Assembly: GCA_018606645.1 (NCBI GenBank)
Contig: JAGVRI010000008.1
Location: forward strand, 68,036-132,035
DNA: 64,000 nt
Direction: 5' to 3'
From: Chloroflexota bacterium
Lineage (GTDB): Bacteria; Chloroflexota; Anaerolineae; JAAYZQ01
In this document: one piece after another, positions 56,392 through 64,000 of the stretch
Layout: each line of letters begins with the position of its first letter
Position numbering within the stretch: position 1 is the stretch's first letter
Program-made: the position numbers and the translations under genes
Notes under the pieces: model-generated
What the model was told of the DNA's origin: nothing
Databases searched by the model: none
The model's input: the letters and a program-made list of their open reading frames with translations, nothing else

Positions 56392-57045
56392 CTAGTCCAG
56401 GGGCCTCTTGCCCACCCGGTAAGTGCAGCTTGGATCTCCCTTGGCAATGCACAGAACCTCTTCCACCGGGATGTTCTTGCCGCCTGTCACCCAGTGCAAT
56501 CCCTCTTGTAAGAGGCCCAACCCACCATAGCAGATTGGGATTTCAGCCTTGCGTCCCCAGCACACGGGACAGCGGTCAATATGGTAGTAGAAGTGGTTCG
56601 CATCCTCTTCGATCCGGACGATTTGATCGCTGGTTTTGTTAAAGGTCTCGGCCATCGCATTCAGGCCGATCTTGACCTTGACCCCCAGTGGGAGCAAACG
56701 GAATGCCAGGTCCGCAATGCCCATCACTGCGGCAAAGTCTTTGAGCGCATAGTACAGGCCCGCCCGTCCGGCTCGGATGGCCAGTCCCTTTCCGCCCCGT
56801 GGTCCGTACATATCTTCCAGTGCCTGGTTGAGGGCTCCCATCTCATCAAAACTCCAGCCGAGGTCCAGGTTGTTGGGCGGATAATTGTTGATCCGATGGC
56901 GCAGCCTGGCATAGTTGAGCACTGCGTTCACTCCATTTTTCCCCATCACATCTTCCAGGGCCAGCAGGAACATGCGGCCCATTTTGTTGGGCCAATAGTA
57001 TTGTGGAGTGAGTATTCGGTTGTCCTGTTCGTCATTGTCTGTCAT
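56392..57045 (-). CDS. V4R (4-vinyl-reductase-type small-molecule-binding) domain protein
   Basis: C-terminal CPVCWG...PICYGGLGLLQEGLHWVTGG cysteine pattern resembles V4R domains; tentative. Confidence 0.4.
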   Translation of the reverse strand: MTDNDEQDNRILTPQYYWPNKMGRMFLLALEDVMGKNGVNAVLNYARLRHRINNYPPNNLDLGWSFDEMGALNQALEDMYGPRGGKGLAIRAGRAGLYYALKDFAAVMGIADLAFRLLPLGVKVKIGLNAMAETFNKTSDQIVRIEEDANHFYYHIDRCPVCWGRKAEIPICYGGLGLLQEGLHWVTGGKNIPVEEVLCIAKGDPSCTYRVGKRPLD

Positions 57046-57094
57046 TCGCGTGCCAGCTTTAAAGGTTTCGGTTCTCCACAGGCCATCGGGTCGC

Positions 57095-57877
57095 TTACGA
57101 GGCCAGAAAATCCATCAAGATGGAATAGAATTGCTCAGGCTCATCCAGCATAGGGAAGTGTCGGGAGCCGGCCATCATCTCGACTCGCGCTGCCGGTACG
57201 CTATCGAACAATTCTGCCTGGCGGGGGTCCACGATCTTGTCGCCTCGTCCATACACCCCCAAGGTGGGCATCTGCAATTCTCCGATTCTAGGTCTCAGAT
57301 CGGTGTGATGGAGCGAGTGAATGCTCCACAGAAAAGATTCCAGGGTCATTTTGGATAGGTCGTGCATGAGCAACTGATACCACTGGCTCCAATTGGCAGC
57401 GATCCAGGGAGCAAACAGTTTGATACCCAGACGCAGCAGTGAGGGGGAGTTCCAGACGAGAAAGGCGATCCATGGATACCCGGCGAGCTTCAAGAAGATG
57501 TTTAATGAGCGGCCGTCGATCGGGGAACCGACGGCAGCTACCTTCTCAACCCGTTCAGGATGATCGAGGGCCAGGTTCAAAGCCACTGTCCCTCCCATAG
57601 AATGGCCGATCACCGGCGCACGGGAGATGCCCAACTGCTCCATGAACTGATCCACCAGGTCCACAAAATCAGCGAGTGAATATTTTTCTCGGCGTTTATC
57701 CGATTCGCCAAATCCCCAGAAATCCAAGGCATAGGTTCGGTATCGGGACGAGAGGGCTTCCATTGTGCCCAGCCAACACCCCCAGGAACCGAGCCAACCA
57801 TGGAGCAACACCACCGGCCTGCCCCGGCCTACCACCTCATAATGGACGATCCCCTGATCGGTAACGACCGAGCTCAA
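57095..57877 (-). CDS. alpha/beta-fold hydrolase
   Basis: HGWLGS oxyanion region and GHSMGG nucleophile elbow. Confidence 0.7.
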   Translation of the reverse strand: MSSVVTDQGIVHYEVVGRGRPVVLLHGWLGSWGCWLGTMEALSSRYRTYALDFWGFGESDKRREKYSLADFVDLVDQFMEQLGISRAPVIGHSMGGTVALNLALDHPERVEKVAAVGSPIDGRSLNIFLKLAGYPWIAFLVWNSPSLLRLGIKLFAPWIAANWSQWYQLLMHDLSKMTLESFLWSIHSLHHTDLRPRIGELQMPTLGVYGRGDKIVDPRQAELFDSVPAARVEMMAGSRHFPMLDEPEQFYSILMDFLAS

Positions 57878-57914
57878 CGTCTCTCTCTGATGCGGACCTG
57901 TGCCTGAGGGCTTG

Positions 57915-58286
57915 TCAGATCAGCCGCCCCAAATCCTCGGCAGCGCGTCGCATGTCAAGGAATACTAACCCCAACTTGGCGTCCGGACGGGCAAGTACTG
58001 TAAGGACAGCCTCTTCTCCTACCGCACTCAGGATCACATAACCATTCGTTCCACGGATATATACCTGTTCGAGCGTCCCCCGCCGGAGCTCACTGGCGAT
58101 CCGTTCTCCCAGGCTGAGCATGGCTGCGCTCATCGCCGAGACGCGCTCTTCCTCCACATCCGGGGGCAGGGCCGAGGCGATGATCAACCCGTCCACGCTG
58201 ACCAAAGCCGAAGCCTCGATGTCGGGCGTGCTGTGCTGCAAATCTTTGAGCCGTACCACCATCTGTTCTGTGCGTGTACGTGGCAT
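57915..58286 (-). CDS. roadblock/LC7-domain protein (MglB-like)
   Basis: 123 aa; ...ALVSVDGLIIAS....EEERVSAMSAAMLSLGERIA... typical roadblock pattern. Confidence 0.6.
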   Translation of the reverse strand: MPRTRTEQMVVRLKDLQHSTPDIEASALVSVDGLIIASALPPDVEEERVSAMSAAMLSLGERIASELRRGTLEQVYIRGTNGYVILSAVGEEAVLTVLARPDAKLGLVFLDMRRAAEDLGRLI

Positions 58287-58341
58287 AGAGCCCTACCTCC
58301 TTGCCGCCAAGGGCGGATGATACCGCACGGTCAGCGCTCGC

Positions 58342-58872
58342 TTATTCAGGCACCGTTTCCAGAATACTATACAATAGTTCCAGCAGAACCTTCTTTACAC
58401 TCTCTTTGTCGGTGGCCACACAGGGCAGCACTTTGACCCCAGGATGGATCTTGAGAGCGATGCGCAAATCCTCCACCGGCCATGCATCTGCCAGGTCCTG
58501 CTTGTTCGCCGCTACTACATAGGGCGTGTCGGCATAAGTCCGAAACACATCCAGAATCTGTCTCGCCTCGCGGAAGGTTTCAGGGCGTGTGCTGTCTACC
58601 AGGACGATAAAGCCCAGCATCCCCTCCGAGAGGATCTCCCACATGAAATCAAAACGCTTTTGCCCAGGTGTCCCAAATAGATACAGGACCAGATCGTTAT
58701 CCACCGTGATCCGGCCAAAGTCCATGGCCACCGTAGTTTCCTTTTTGATCCGGGATGAGGTATCGGTAATCTTGCGTTCGGTCGAGACGACCTCGATCTC
58801 GCTTACGGACCGAATGAATTCCGTCTTGCCTGCGTTGAACGGCCCAGTAATCACCATCTTTACCGTCTGCAT
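58342..58872 (-). CDS. small Ras-like GTPase (MglA-like ATP/GTP-binding protein)
   Basis: G1 GPFNAGKT, G3 LFGTPGQ, G4 ANKQD; start likely at MQTVKMVITG. Confidence 0.65.
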   Translation of the reverse strand: MQTVKMVITGPFNAGKTEFIRSVSEIEVVSTERKITDTSSRIKKETTVAMDFGRITVDNDLVLYLFGTPGQKRFDFMWEILSEGMLGFIVLVDSTRPETFREARQILDVFRTYADTPYVVAANKQDLADAWPVEDLRIALKIHPGVKVLPCVATDKESVKKVLLELLYSILETVPE

Positions 58873-58950
58873 CTCTGCGTCTATCCTATTTGTCTTCCAT
58901 CGGTTGAGATACTGCCACACACGGGACGCGTGTTGAGCTAGATGCCAGAA

Positions 58951-59769
58951 TCACAAACGCTTGATGCGGTTGATCAACTTGTGGATGACCGAGCGTTTGG
59001 CTGCCGGCGAGCGAGAAACCATTTCGGTGACCGGGGGTTGCTTCGGCGGCAGACCTTCGGGCTCCACGATCTCGACCAGGCCGACCTGAAGGAGACCATA
59101 GACCAGCTTGCGAATTTGAAATTCATCCATGCCGATCCGCTGGGCGATCTGTTTGATCGAGTTGCGAGGGTTGATATAGGAGATGACCCGCCACTCGTCC
59201 ACGGTGAGGTTGATGTTGCGCAGTTGGGTTTGAGGACGATCGGTAAACTTGAGGGCCATGTTCAGGTCCGGCAATTCGTCTTTGAGTCGTTCCCACTCCT
59301 TCATCCGGCGGCTGCCTTCGAGGATGATATTCTCCAGGTCAATGGACACGGTGATCACATCCTCAGAGGGCAACCGGTTAGGCTCAAAATGGAACAGACC
59401 ATCGGACCAGGCAAACAGGCCATACACAGTCTCCAGGATGTCGCGTCGGACGCTATCCACGATATCACGTTGGCTCAGATAACCAGCGCTGATGAGGAGC
59501 ATAGCCAGTTCCTTGTCGCTGCGATCGGCCGCGTGTTGGCGGATGCCTCGCGCCTGCTCCTCGGTAAGCCGACCTGCACGGGCCAACATGCTGGTCAGGT
59601 GCCCGTCCTGGCCGCTGGTAGCCGCGTACACCAATTTGCCTTCTCGGAAGAACAAGGACGTCACACCGGAAGGAACCTGGATGGTCAAGGCACCGGTCTT
59701 GCGGGCCAGATGAATCAGATTCAGGAGTTGGGTTGTGCTAAAGTCCCTGAGGTTGCCTTTTAGCGCCAT
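58951..59769 (-). CDS. DUF4388 (PATAN-like) domain protein
   Basis: N-terminus GNLRDFSTTQLLNLIHLARKTGALTI matches the DUF4388 signature; first gene of the minus-strand operon. Confidence 0.55.
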   Translation of the reverse strand: MALKGNLRDFSTTQLLNLIHLARKTGALTIQVPSGVTSLFFREGKLVYAATSGQDGHLTSMLARAGRLTEEQARGIRQHAADRSDKELAMLLISAGYLSQRDIVDSVRRDILETVYGLFAWSDGLFHFEPNRLPSEDVITVSIDLENIILEGSRRMKEWERLKDELPDLNMALKFTDRPQTQLRNINLTVDEWRVISYINPRNSIKQIAQRIGMDEFQIRKLVYGLLQVGLVEIVEPEGLPPKQPPVTEMVSRSPAAKRSVIHKLINRIKRL

Positions 59770-59867
59770 GTCGATCGATCCTCAACCCGCCATCAGATTG
59801 GGCACAACACTTGGACCGAGGGATGAACGGCTGAGCCCCGGCCTGCTCCCGGAAACCATCTTGGCTC

Positions 59868-59896
59868 ATTATACCCGGTCTCTAAGGATATGTCAA
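59868..59896 (-). promoter_or_regulatory. consensus sigma70 promoter on the minus strand (TTGACA -17- TATAAT) driving the DUF4388-GTPase-roadblock operon
   Basis: reverse complement reads TTGACA TATCCTTAGAGACCGGG TATAAT; about 90 nt upstream of the 59769 start. Confidence 0.55.
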
Positions 59897-59948
59897 CCGT
59901 CTTACGGGTCCAATCCAGAGGCGTAATTGACTTGGGCTCCAGGCGGAC

Positions 59949-59978
59949 TTGAAGAAAAATCCTTGGCTGTGCTATAAT
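59949..59978 (+). promoter_or_regulatory. divergent sigma70-type promoter TTGAAG -18- TATAAT for the 60035 gene
   Basis: hexamers read directly. Confidence 0.45.
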
Positions 59979-60034
59979 GGGCAACGCTCACTACGAGACG
60001 AAAAGCTGTTCCGAGCCAGGGAGGGCCAGTCCGA

Positions 60035-61300
60035 ATGGATGAAAGACGAAGAGGATGGGGAATGGCGGCCGTTGCGGCGGGGCTTTTTCTGGTTGCTCTC
60101 TATCTTGGGAGCTGCCTGGCGCCCAATGACGGCGATGTGACGCCCACGCCGACCAAGACGCCGCGGCCTATCAGTACCCTGGCCTCGGTGCTCCCCACCT
60201 GTACTCCAACGCCCTCTCCGTCGGCCCTTCCGGCCTTGGCCGTAGCGCCAGTCTCCACCGATGTCCTGGTCTTGAATCCGACAGCAGTAGTGACCCCAAC
60301 CCTCACCCCGTGGCCCACGCTGGCTCCAGGAATTTGTCCCCTTACGGGCAAGCCGGTGAGCGATCTGGCTTTGTTGGAGCGACGTCCGCTGGCCATCAAG
60401 GTCCAGAATGCGACCCTGTCTCGTCCTCAGTTCGGTCTGCCCCAGGCTGACCTGGTCTACGAACATCTCTCTGAAGCCGGGATCACCCGTTTCACGGCTA
60501 TTTATCTCTGTCAGCAAGTCCAGAAGGTCGGGTCTGTCCGCAGCGCGCGCTTCATTGACCTGGAGATCCCGGCGATGTACAAGAGCCTCTTCGCCTTTTC
60601 TGGAACCAGCCCCGGCTTGTATCCCAAGTTCAAAAACGCAGACTTTCGAGAGCGTGAATTCTGGTACGATCAAGGCATCCATTCGGAAGGGTTTTATCGT
60701 GACCAGGAGCTACGCGCCAAGGGGGTTCCGATCGAGCACACCCTTTTCGCCGATGCGGTCAAGATTTGGGAGATCGCCGACCGATTGGGGATCAATCAGC
60801 CCCAGGATCTGCAGGGATTGGCGTTCTCGGCCGAGACGCCGTCGGGCGGCGAGCCAGCTCCTCATATCCACATTCCATATCCCCATCGGGATATGATCGT
60901 GGACTATTACTATGATCCGGCTCTGGGTGTGTACCGTCGGTGGGACGGGAATCAACCCCATGTGGACGCAGCAACGGGTGAACCGATCACGGTCACCAAC
61001 GTCGTCGTCATCTATGCCAACCACGTAGACGCTGATTTCTACGAGGATTATCCACGGACCAACCATCCCTCGGTCCAGATCCAGTTGTGGGGCACCGGCC
61101 CGGCGGTCATCTTTCGCGATGGTCAGGCGTTTGAAGGGCTGTGGGCTCGTCCGAAACGAGAGGACATGGTGGTCTTTCGCGATCCAACTGGACAGGTTCC
61201 CATTCCGTTGAAGCCAGGCAATACCTGGATTCAACTGGTCCCGTTGCCAGGCCACCGTTGGACCTTTGAAGTGACATGGGATGCGCAGCCTGAGCCCTGA
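60035..61300 (+). CDS. putative lipoprotein with Pro/Thr-rich linker and DUF3048-like (YerB-like) C-terminal domain
   Basis: signal + LGSC lipobox-like site; ..RPLAIKVQNATLSRPQFGLPQADLVYEHLSEAGITRFTAIY..VGSVRSARF resembles DUF3048; tentative. Confidence 0.4.
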   Translation: MDERRRGWGMAAVAAGLFLVALYLGSCLAPNDGDVTPTPTKTPRPISTLASVLPTCTPTPSPSALPALAVAPVSTDVLVLNPTAVVTPTLTPWPTLAPGICPLTGKPVSDLALLERRPLAIKVQNATLSRPQFGLPQADLVYEHLSEAGITRFTAIYLCQQVQKVGSVRSARFIDLEIPAMYKSLFAFSGTSPGLYPKFKNADFREREFWYDQGIHSEGFYRDQELRAKGVPIEHTLFADAVKIWEIADRLGINQPQDLQGLAFSAETPSGGEPAPHIHIPYPHRDMIVDYYYDPALGVYRRWDGNQPHVDAATGEPITVTNVVVIYANHVDADFYEDYPRTNHPSVQIQLWGTGPAVIFRDGQAFEGLWARPKREDMVVFRDPTGQVPIPLKPGNTWIQLVPLPGHRWTFEVTWDAQPEP

Positions 61301-61336
61301 GTTGATTCAATTGTTAAGGAACCATATCCGCAGCCT

Positions 61337-62152
61337 GTGGGCCCGGATGCCATTGTGATTTGGATTATAGCATACGGCTCAGTCCGACACAATAGGCTTT
61401 TGGTAAGGGATGGGGGGCAGTCAGGGGCGAACGGATATGGTGGAGAGGTAACAGGTTGCGTGTCTGCTCGAGGAATTGGCCAGGGCCCGCGAGAACTGTC
61501 CGGCCGTGATGGTCCGATCGCTCACCATGTGCAGCCCTGGCTCCAGGCCAGGGTGAAACTGATGCCTGACCTGTTGGTTCAGTCACCCCCCTGGGTTCGT
61601 GCCGTGTTCGATCATGCCTGGGTGCCGGTGCGGATGCTGGCTCAACAGCTCCAGTGTTTGCCCGCTGCTTTGTGGGCGTTTCTCCTGAGCTGCCAGGGAG
61701 GTTACGTGGTGCTCACTGCTGGCGAGTCCCAGTATGCTCCCGGCCCCGCGACCCTTCGGCGTCGAACGGTGCAGAATGTAGCTTGGATCTCGATCCAGGA
61801 CCTGGCCCGGAACAGCGAACGGCCGCTTCACATTATCGGCCATCTGATCGATCACCACCTGGGATGCGCGGGCGAGGAGGGCCCCTGGTTCTCTGAAGGA
61901 GGAGGGGTAGTGCCGATTTGGAGGGAAGAGGGGGCGCGACTTCAGGGATTGTTTGCGCTCGGTTATGGGGTCGATGAGATAGCGCGGTTGAGCCTACGCG
62001 ATTATTTTGCCCAATCGCTGGCTTATTATTGCCGGGACCGAAAGCATCTGAACATGGTCGATCCACCAATGGAAAGATGGCTTCGTCACACATTATGGAA
62101 TCGAACCTTCTGGCAAGTTGCTGTCCAAGGACAGCGTTCATCCGATACGTGA
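61337..62152 (+). CDS. hypothetical protein
   Basis: ORF only; no recognizable motif; start uncertain. Confidence 0.25.
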   Translation: MGPDAIVIWIIAYGSVRHNRLLVRDGGQSGANGYGGEVTGCVSARGIGQGPRELSGRDGPIAHHVQPWLQARVKLMPDLLVQSPPWVRAVFDHAWVPVRMLAQQLQCLPAALWAFLLSCQGGYVVLTAGESQYAPGPATLRRRTVQNVAWISIQDLARNSERPLHIIGHLIDHHLGCAGEEGPWFSEGGGVVPIWREEGARLQGLFALGYGVDEIARLSLRDYFAQSLAYYCRDRKHLNMVDPPMERWLRHTLWNRTFWQVAVQGQRSSDT

Positions 62153-62165
62153 GGGAAGGTAGACC

Positions 62166-63182
62166 GTGATCACTTTGGGTCAGATTGGACTGGGCCGCTG
62201 GGGACCGAATGTCCTGCGCAATTTCATGAGCCTACCTGGCGGTCGGGTGAAGAGATGTTGTGATCTGGACGAACGGGCTCTGGCCAGGGCCAGATCGTCC
62301 TATCCCGATTTGCAGATCACCACTGAGTATGGCGAGCTGCTTGACGATCCGGAAATCGATGCGATCGTGATCACTTCGTCAGCTCGCTCGCACTATGCGC
62401 TGGCGAAGGCGGCTCTAGAACAGGGAAAGCATGTTTTTGTGGAAAAGCCGCTGGCATTGCGCGTAACGGAAGGGCAGGAGTTGGTTTCTCTGGCGCGGAA
62501 GCAGGGCCTGCGCCTCATGGTGGGGCACCTCCTGCTGTATCATCCGGCGGTCCAGCGGCTGAAGGCGTATATCGACAGTGGCGAGTTGGGCGAGATCCGC
62601 TATATCTATTCACAACGGCTGAATCTGGGACAGGTCCGTCAGGATGAGAATGCGATGTGGAGCCTGGCTCCGCACGACATTTCGGTCGCCCTCTATCTGT
62701 TAGATCGGGAGCCCGAATCGGTCAGCGCCCAGGGACGCGACTATCTACGCGTCGGCGTGCCCGATCTGGTCTTTCTGACGATGAGCTTTGCCAACGGCGT
62801 GCTGGCTCACTGCCATGTAAGCTGGCTGGACCCCCATAAGGTGCGGAGCTTTACCGTGGTAGGGAGCAAAAAGATGGCGGTGTTCGACGATATGGCCGGT
62901 CGTGAGAAGCTGCGCATCTTTGATCAGGGGGTGGATTTCCCGGAGGTGGGGTATGGCGACCTGCACACGTTGCGCTTTGGCGATATCTATATCCCGCGTA
63001 TTGACATGACCGAACCACTGGCCCTGGAATGTCAGCACTTCCTGGAGTGTGTCCGGGATGGAAAGACCCCTCTAACCGACGGAGAGAACGGCCTGGCTGT
63101 GTTGCGAGTGTTGACGGCTGCCCAGCAATCCCTTGATCGAGAGGGAGAGCGGGTTGTGCTTCAAGACGTTGCAGGGACTTGA
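62166..63182 (+). CDS. Gfo/Idh/MocA-family NAD-dependent oxidoreductase (WbpB-like nucleotide-sugar 3-dehydrogenase candidate)
   Basis: N-terminal Rossmann GQIGLGRWGPNVLRNF and conserved EKP (FVEKPLA) motif. Confidence 0.7.
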   Translation: MITLGQIGLGRWGPNVLRNFMSLPGGRVKRCCDLDERALARARSSYPDLQITTEYGELLDDPEIDAIVITSSARSHYALAKAALEQGKHVFVEKPLALRVTEGQELVSLARKQGLRLMVGHLLLYHPAVQRLKAYIDSGELGEIRYIYSQRLNLGQVRQDENAMWSLAPHDISVALYLLDREPESVSAQGRDYLRVGVPDLVFLTMSFANGVLAHCHVSWLDPHKVRSFTVVGSKKMAVFDDMAGREKLRIFDQGVDFPEVGYGDLHTLRFGDIYIPRIDMTEPLALECQHFLECVRDGKTPLTDGENGLAVLRVLTAAQQSLDREGERVVLQDVAGT

Positions 63183-63191
63183 GGGGAGAAG

Positions 63192-63944
63192 ATGAGCCAG
63201 GCGAGCATTGATCCGACCGCTGAACTGGGAGAAGGTTGCCACTTGGGGCAGAACGTTGTGGTGATGGAAGGAGTCAGACTGGGAAAAGGCGTCGTCGTCG
63301 GGCATCACGTGGTTCTCCATCCCGGCACAGTCCTGGGGGACGAGGTGACGGTGGGGGATCACAGTGTGCTGGGTCGGCAGCCCAAGCCGGCCAAAACGAG
63401 CACGCTGAGGTCTGCCGACGAACTCGCGCCGCTGGAAATCGGGTCCGGCACCACCGTCGGTAGCGGCGTGGTGCTCTATGCGGGAACTCGCATTGGCTGC
63501 GATTGTTTCATCGCCGACCATGCGTTCATCCGCGAGAAATGTGTGATCGGTGATGCGGTTTTAATTGGTCGCGGGGTCACGGTGGAAAACGAAACGACCA
63601 TTGGCTCCTACACCAAGATCCAGTCTCAGGCGTACATCACTGCCTGGACCACCATTGAGGATCACGTCTTTATTGCTCCCTGTGTGGTGACGACCAACGA
63701 CAATTTCATGGGACGCACGGCGGAGCGCTTCAAGTACCGGAAGGGGCCTACCATCCGATATGGCGCCCGGGTGGGAGCGAACGTGACTCTACTGCCGGGC
63801 ATTACCGTCGGCCGAGAGGCGTTTGTGGCCGCGGGTTCCGTGGTCACCCGGGATGTGCCTGACGAGACGCTGGTGATGGGGAGTCCGGCACGGCCGGTGC
63901 GGGCGGTGCCGGAGCGGGAGTTCGTGGAGCCTCCTGCTGGATGA
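63192..63944 (+). CDS. hexapeptide-repeat N-acetyltransferase (WbpD-like)
   Basis: continuous left-handed beta-helix hexapeptide pattern; directly downstream of the Gfo/Idh/MocA gene as in wbpB-wbpD pairs. Confidence 0.65.
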   Translation: MSQASIDPTAELGEGCHLGQNVVVMEGVRLGKGVVVGHHVVLHPGTVLGDEVTVGDHSVLGRQPKPAKTSTLRSADELAPLEIGSGTTVGSGVVLYAGTRIGCDCFIADHAFIREKCVIGDAVLIGRGVTVENETTIGSYTKIQSQAYITAWTTIEDHVFIAPCVVTTNDNFMGRTAERFKYRKGPTIRYGARVGANVTLLPGITVGREAFVAAGSVVTRDVPDETLVMGSPARPVRAVPEREFVEPPAG

Positions 63945-64000
63945 AAACGACCACGTATGGGTGCTGATACGTTGACGAAGGCCCGCTTGCTGTTGATCCG

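Noticed and set aside
1-64000. Search by eye for tRNA, rRNA, transposase, integrase or recombinase genes
   Set aside because: No cloverleaf-like tRNA candidates, rRNA-like conserved stretches or DDE/tyrosine-recombinase motifs were recognized. Absence is by inspection only and should be confirmed with tRNAscan, Infernal and HMM searches.

Overview
High-GC (about 60-65%) bacterial DNA, consistent with a Chloroflexi-like genome. Almost the whole 64 kb is one very large cell-surface glycan (O-antigen/EPS/S-layer-glycan type) biosynthesis locus on the + strand. It is followed by a minus-strand signalling operon and by the start of a second sugar cluster. Start codons are approximate throughout; several CDS are translationally coupled through ATGA start/stop overlaps.

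The glycan locus carries:
- housekeeping genes at the left edge (a VIT1-type metal transporter and a MazG/YabN pyrophosphohydrolase), three SDR sugar epimerases, and a NusG/RfaH-family antiterminator paralog;
- a lower-GC block (about 7.7-18.3 kb) holding a Wzx flippase, a Wzy-like polymerase, a GT2 and several GT4 glycosyltransferases, and a secreted protein with a CBM-like C-terminus;
- a complete UDP-L-FucNAc pathway (FnlA/CapE, FnlB/CapF, FnlC/CapG homologs with a WbuB-like transferase);
- a complete bacillosamine-type pathway: PglF, PglE, two tandem PglD acetyltransferases, and a small PglC phosphoglycosyltransferase;
- a Wzc-like tyrosine-kinase co-polymerase;
- an unusual five-gene translationally coupled cassette (34.2-42.4 kb): a GH-clan-A-like hydrolase fused to CARDB and a Vgb-like beta-propeller, an O-antigen-ligase-like protein, a large membrane-anchored uncharacterized protein, a Pro/Thr-rich membrane protein, and a second paralogous GH-like protein;
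- then a TetR regulator with a perfect palindromic operator, an SDR, an acyl-CoA dehydrogenase, a GT2 and a full-length WbaP-type initiating transferase.

Two toxin-antitoxin-rich insertions interrupt the sugar genes, at 6.7-7.7 kb (remnants only) and 23.2-26.7 kb (intact MNT/HEPN and DUF4258/DUF2283 pairs). Each is flanked by a degenerate duplicate of the 3-prime end of the sugar gene on its left. Imperfect heptanucleotide (GGTCAGA-type) arrays occur at several loci, including in-frame insertions inside the CapF-like gene.

On the minus strand (48.2-59.8 kb) lies an operon-like array. From the 5-prime end it runs: DUF4388 protein, small Ras-like GTPase, roadblock/LC7 protein, alpha/beta hydrolase, V4R protein, hexapeptide-repeat protein, oxidoreductase, REC-GGDEF regulator with a degenerate GRDDF motif, and a 1578-aa GAF/PAS-rich hybrid histidine kinase. 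It is driven by a consensus sigma70 promoter.

The window ends with a DUF3048-like lipoprotein, a hypothetical, and a WbpB/WbpD-like oxidoreductase-acetyltransferase pair. No rRNA, tRNA, CRISPR array, transposase or integrase was recognized.
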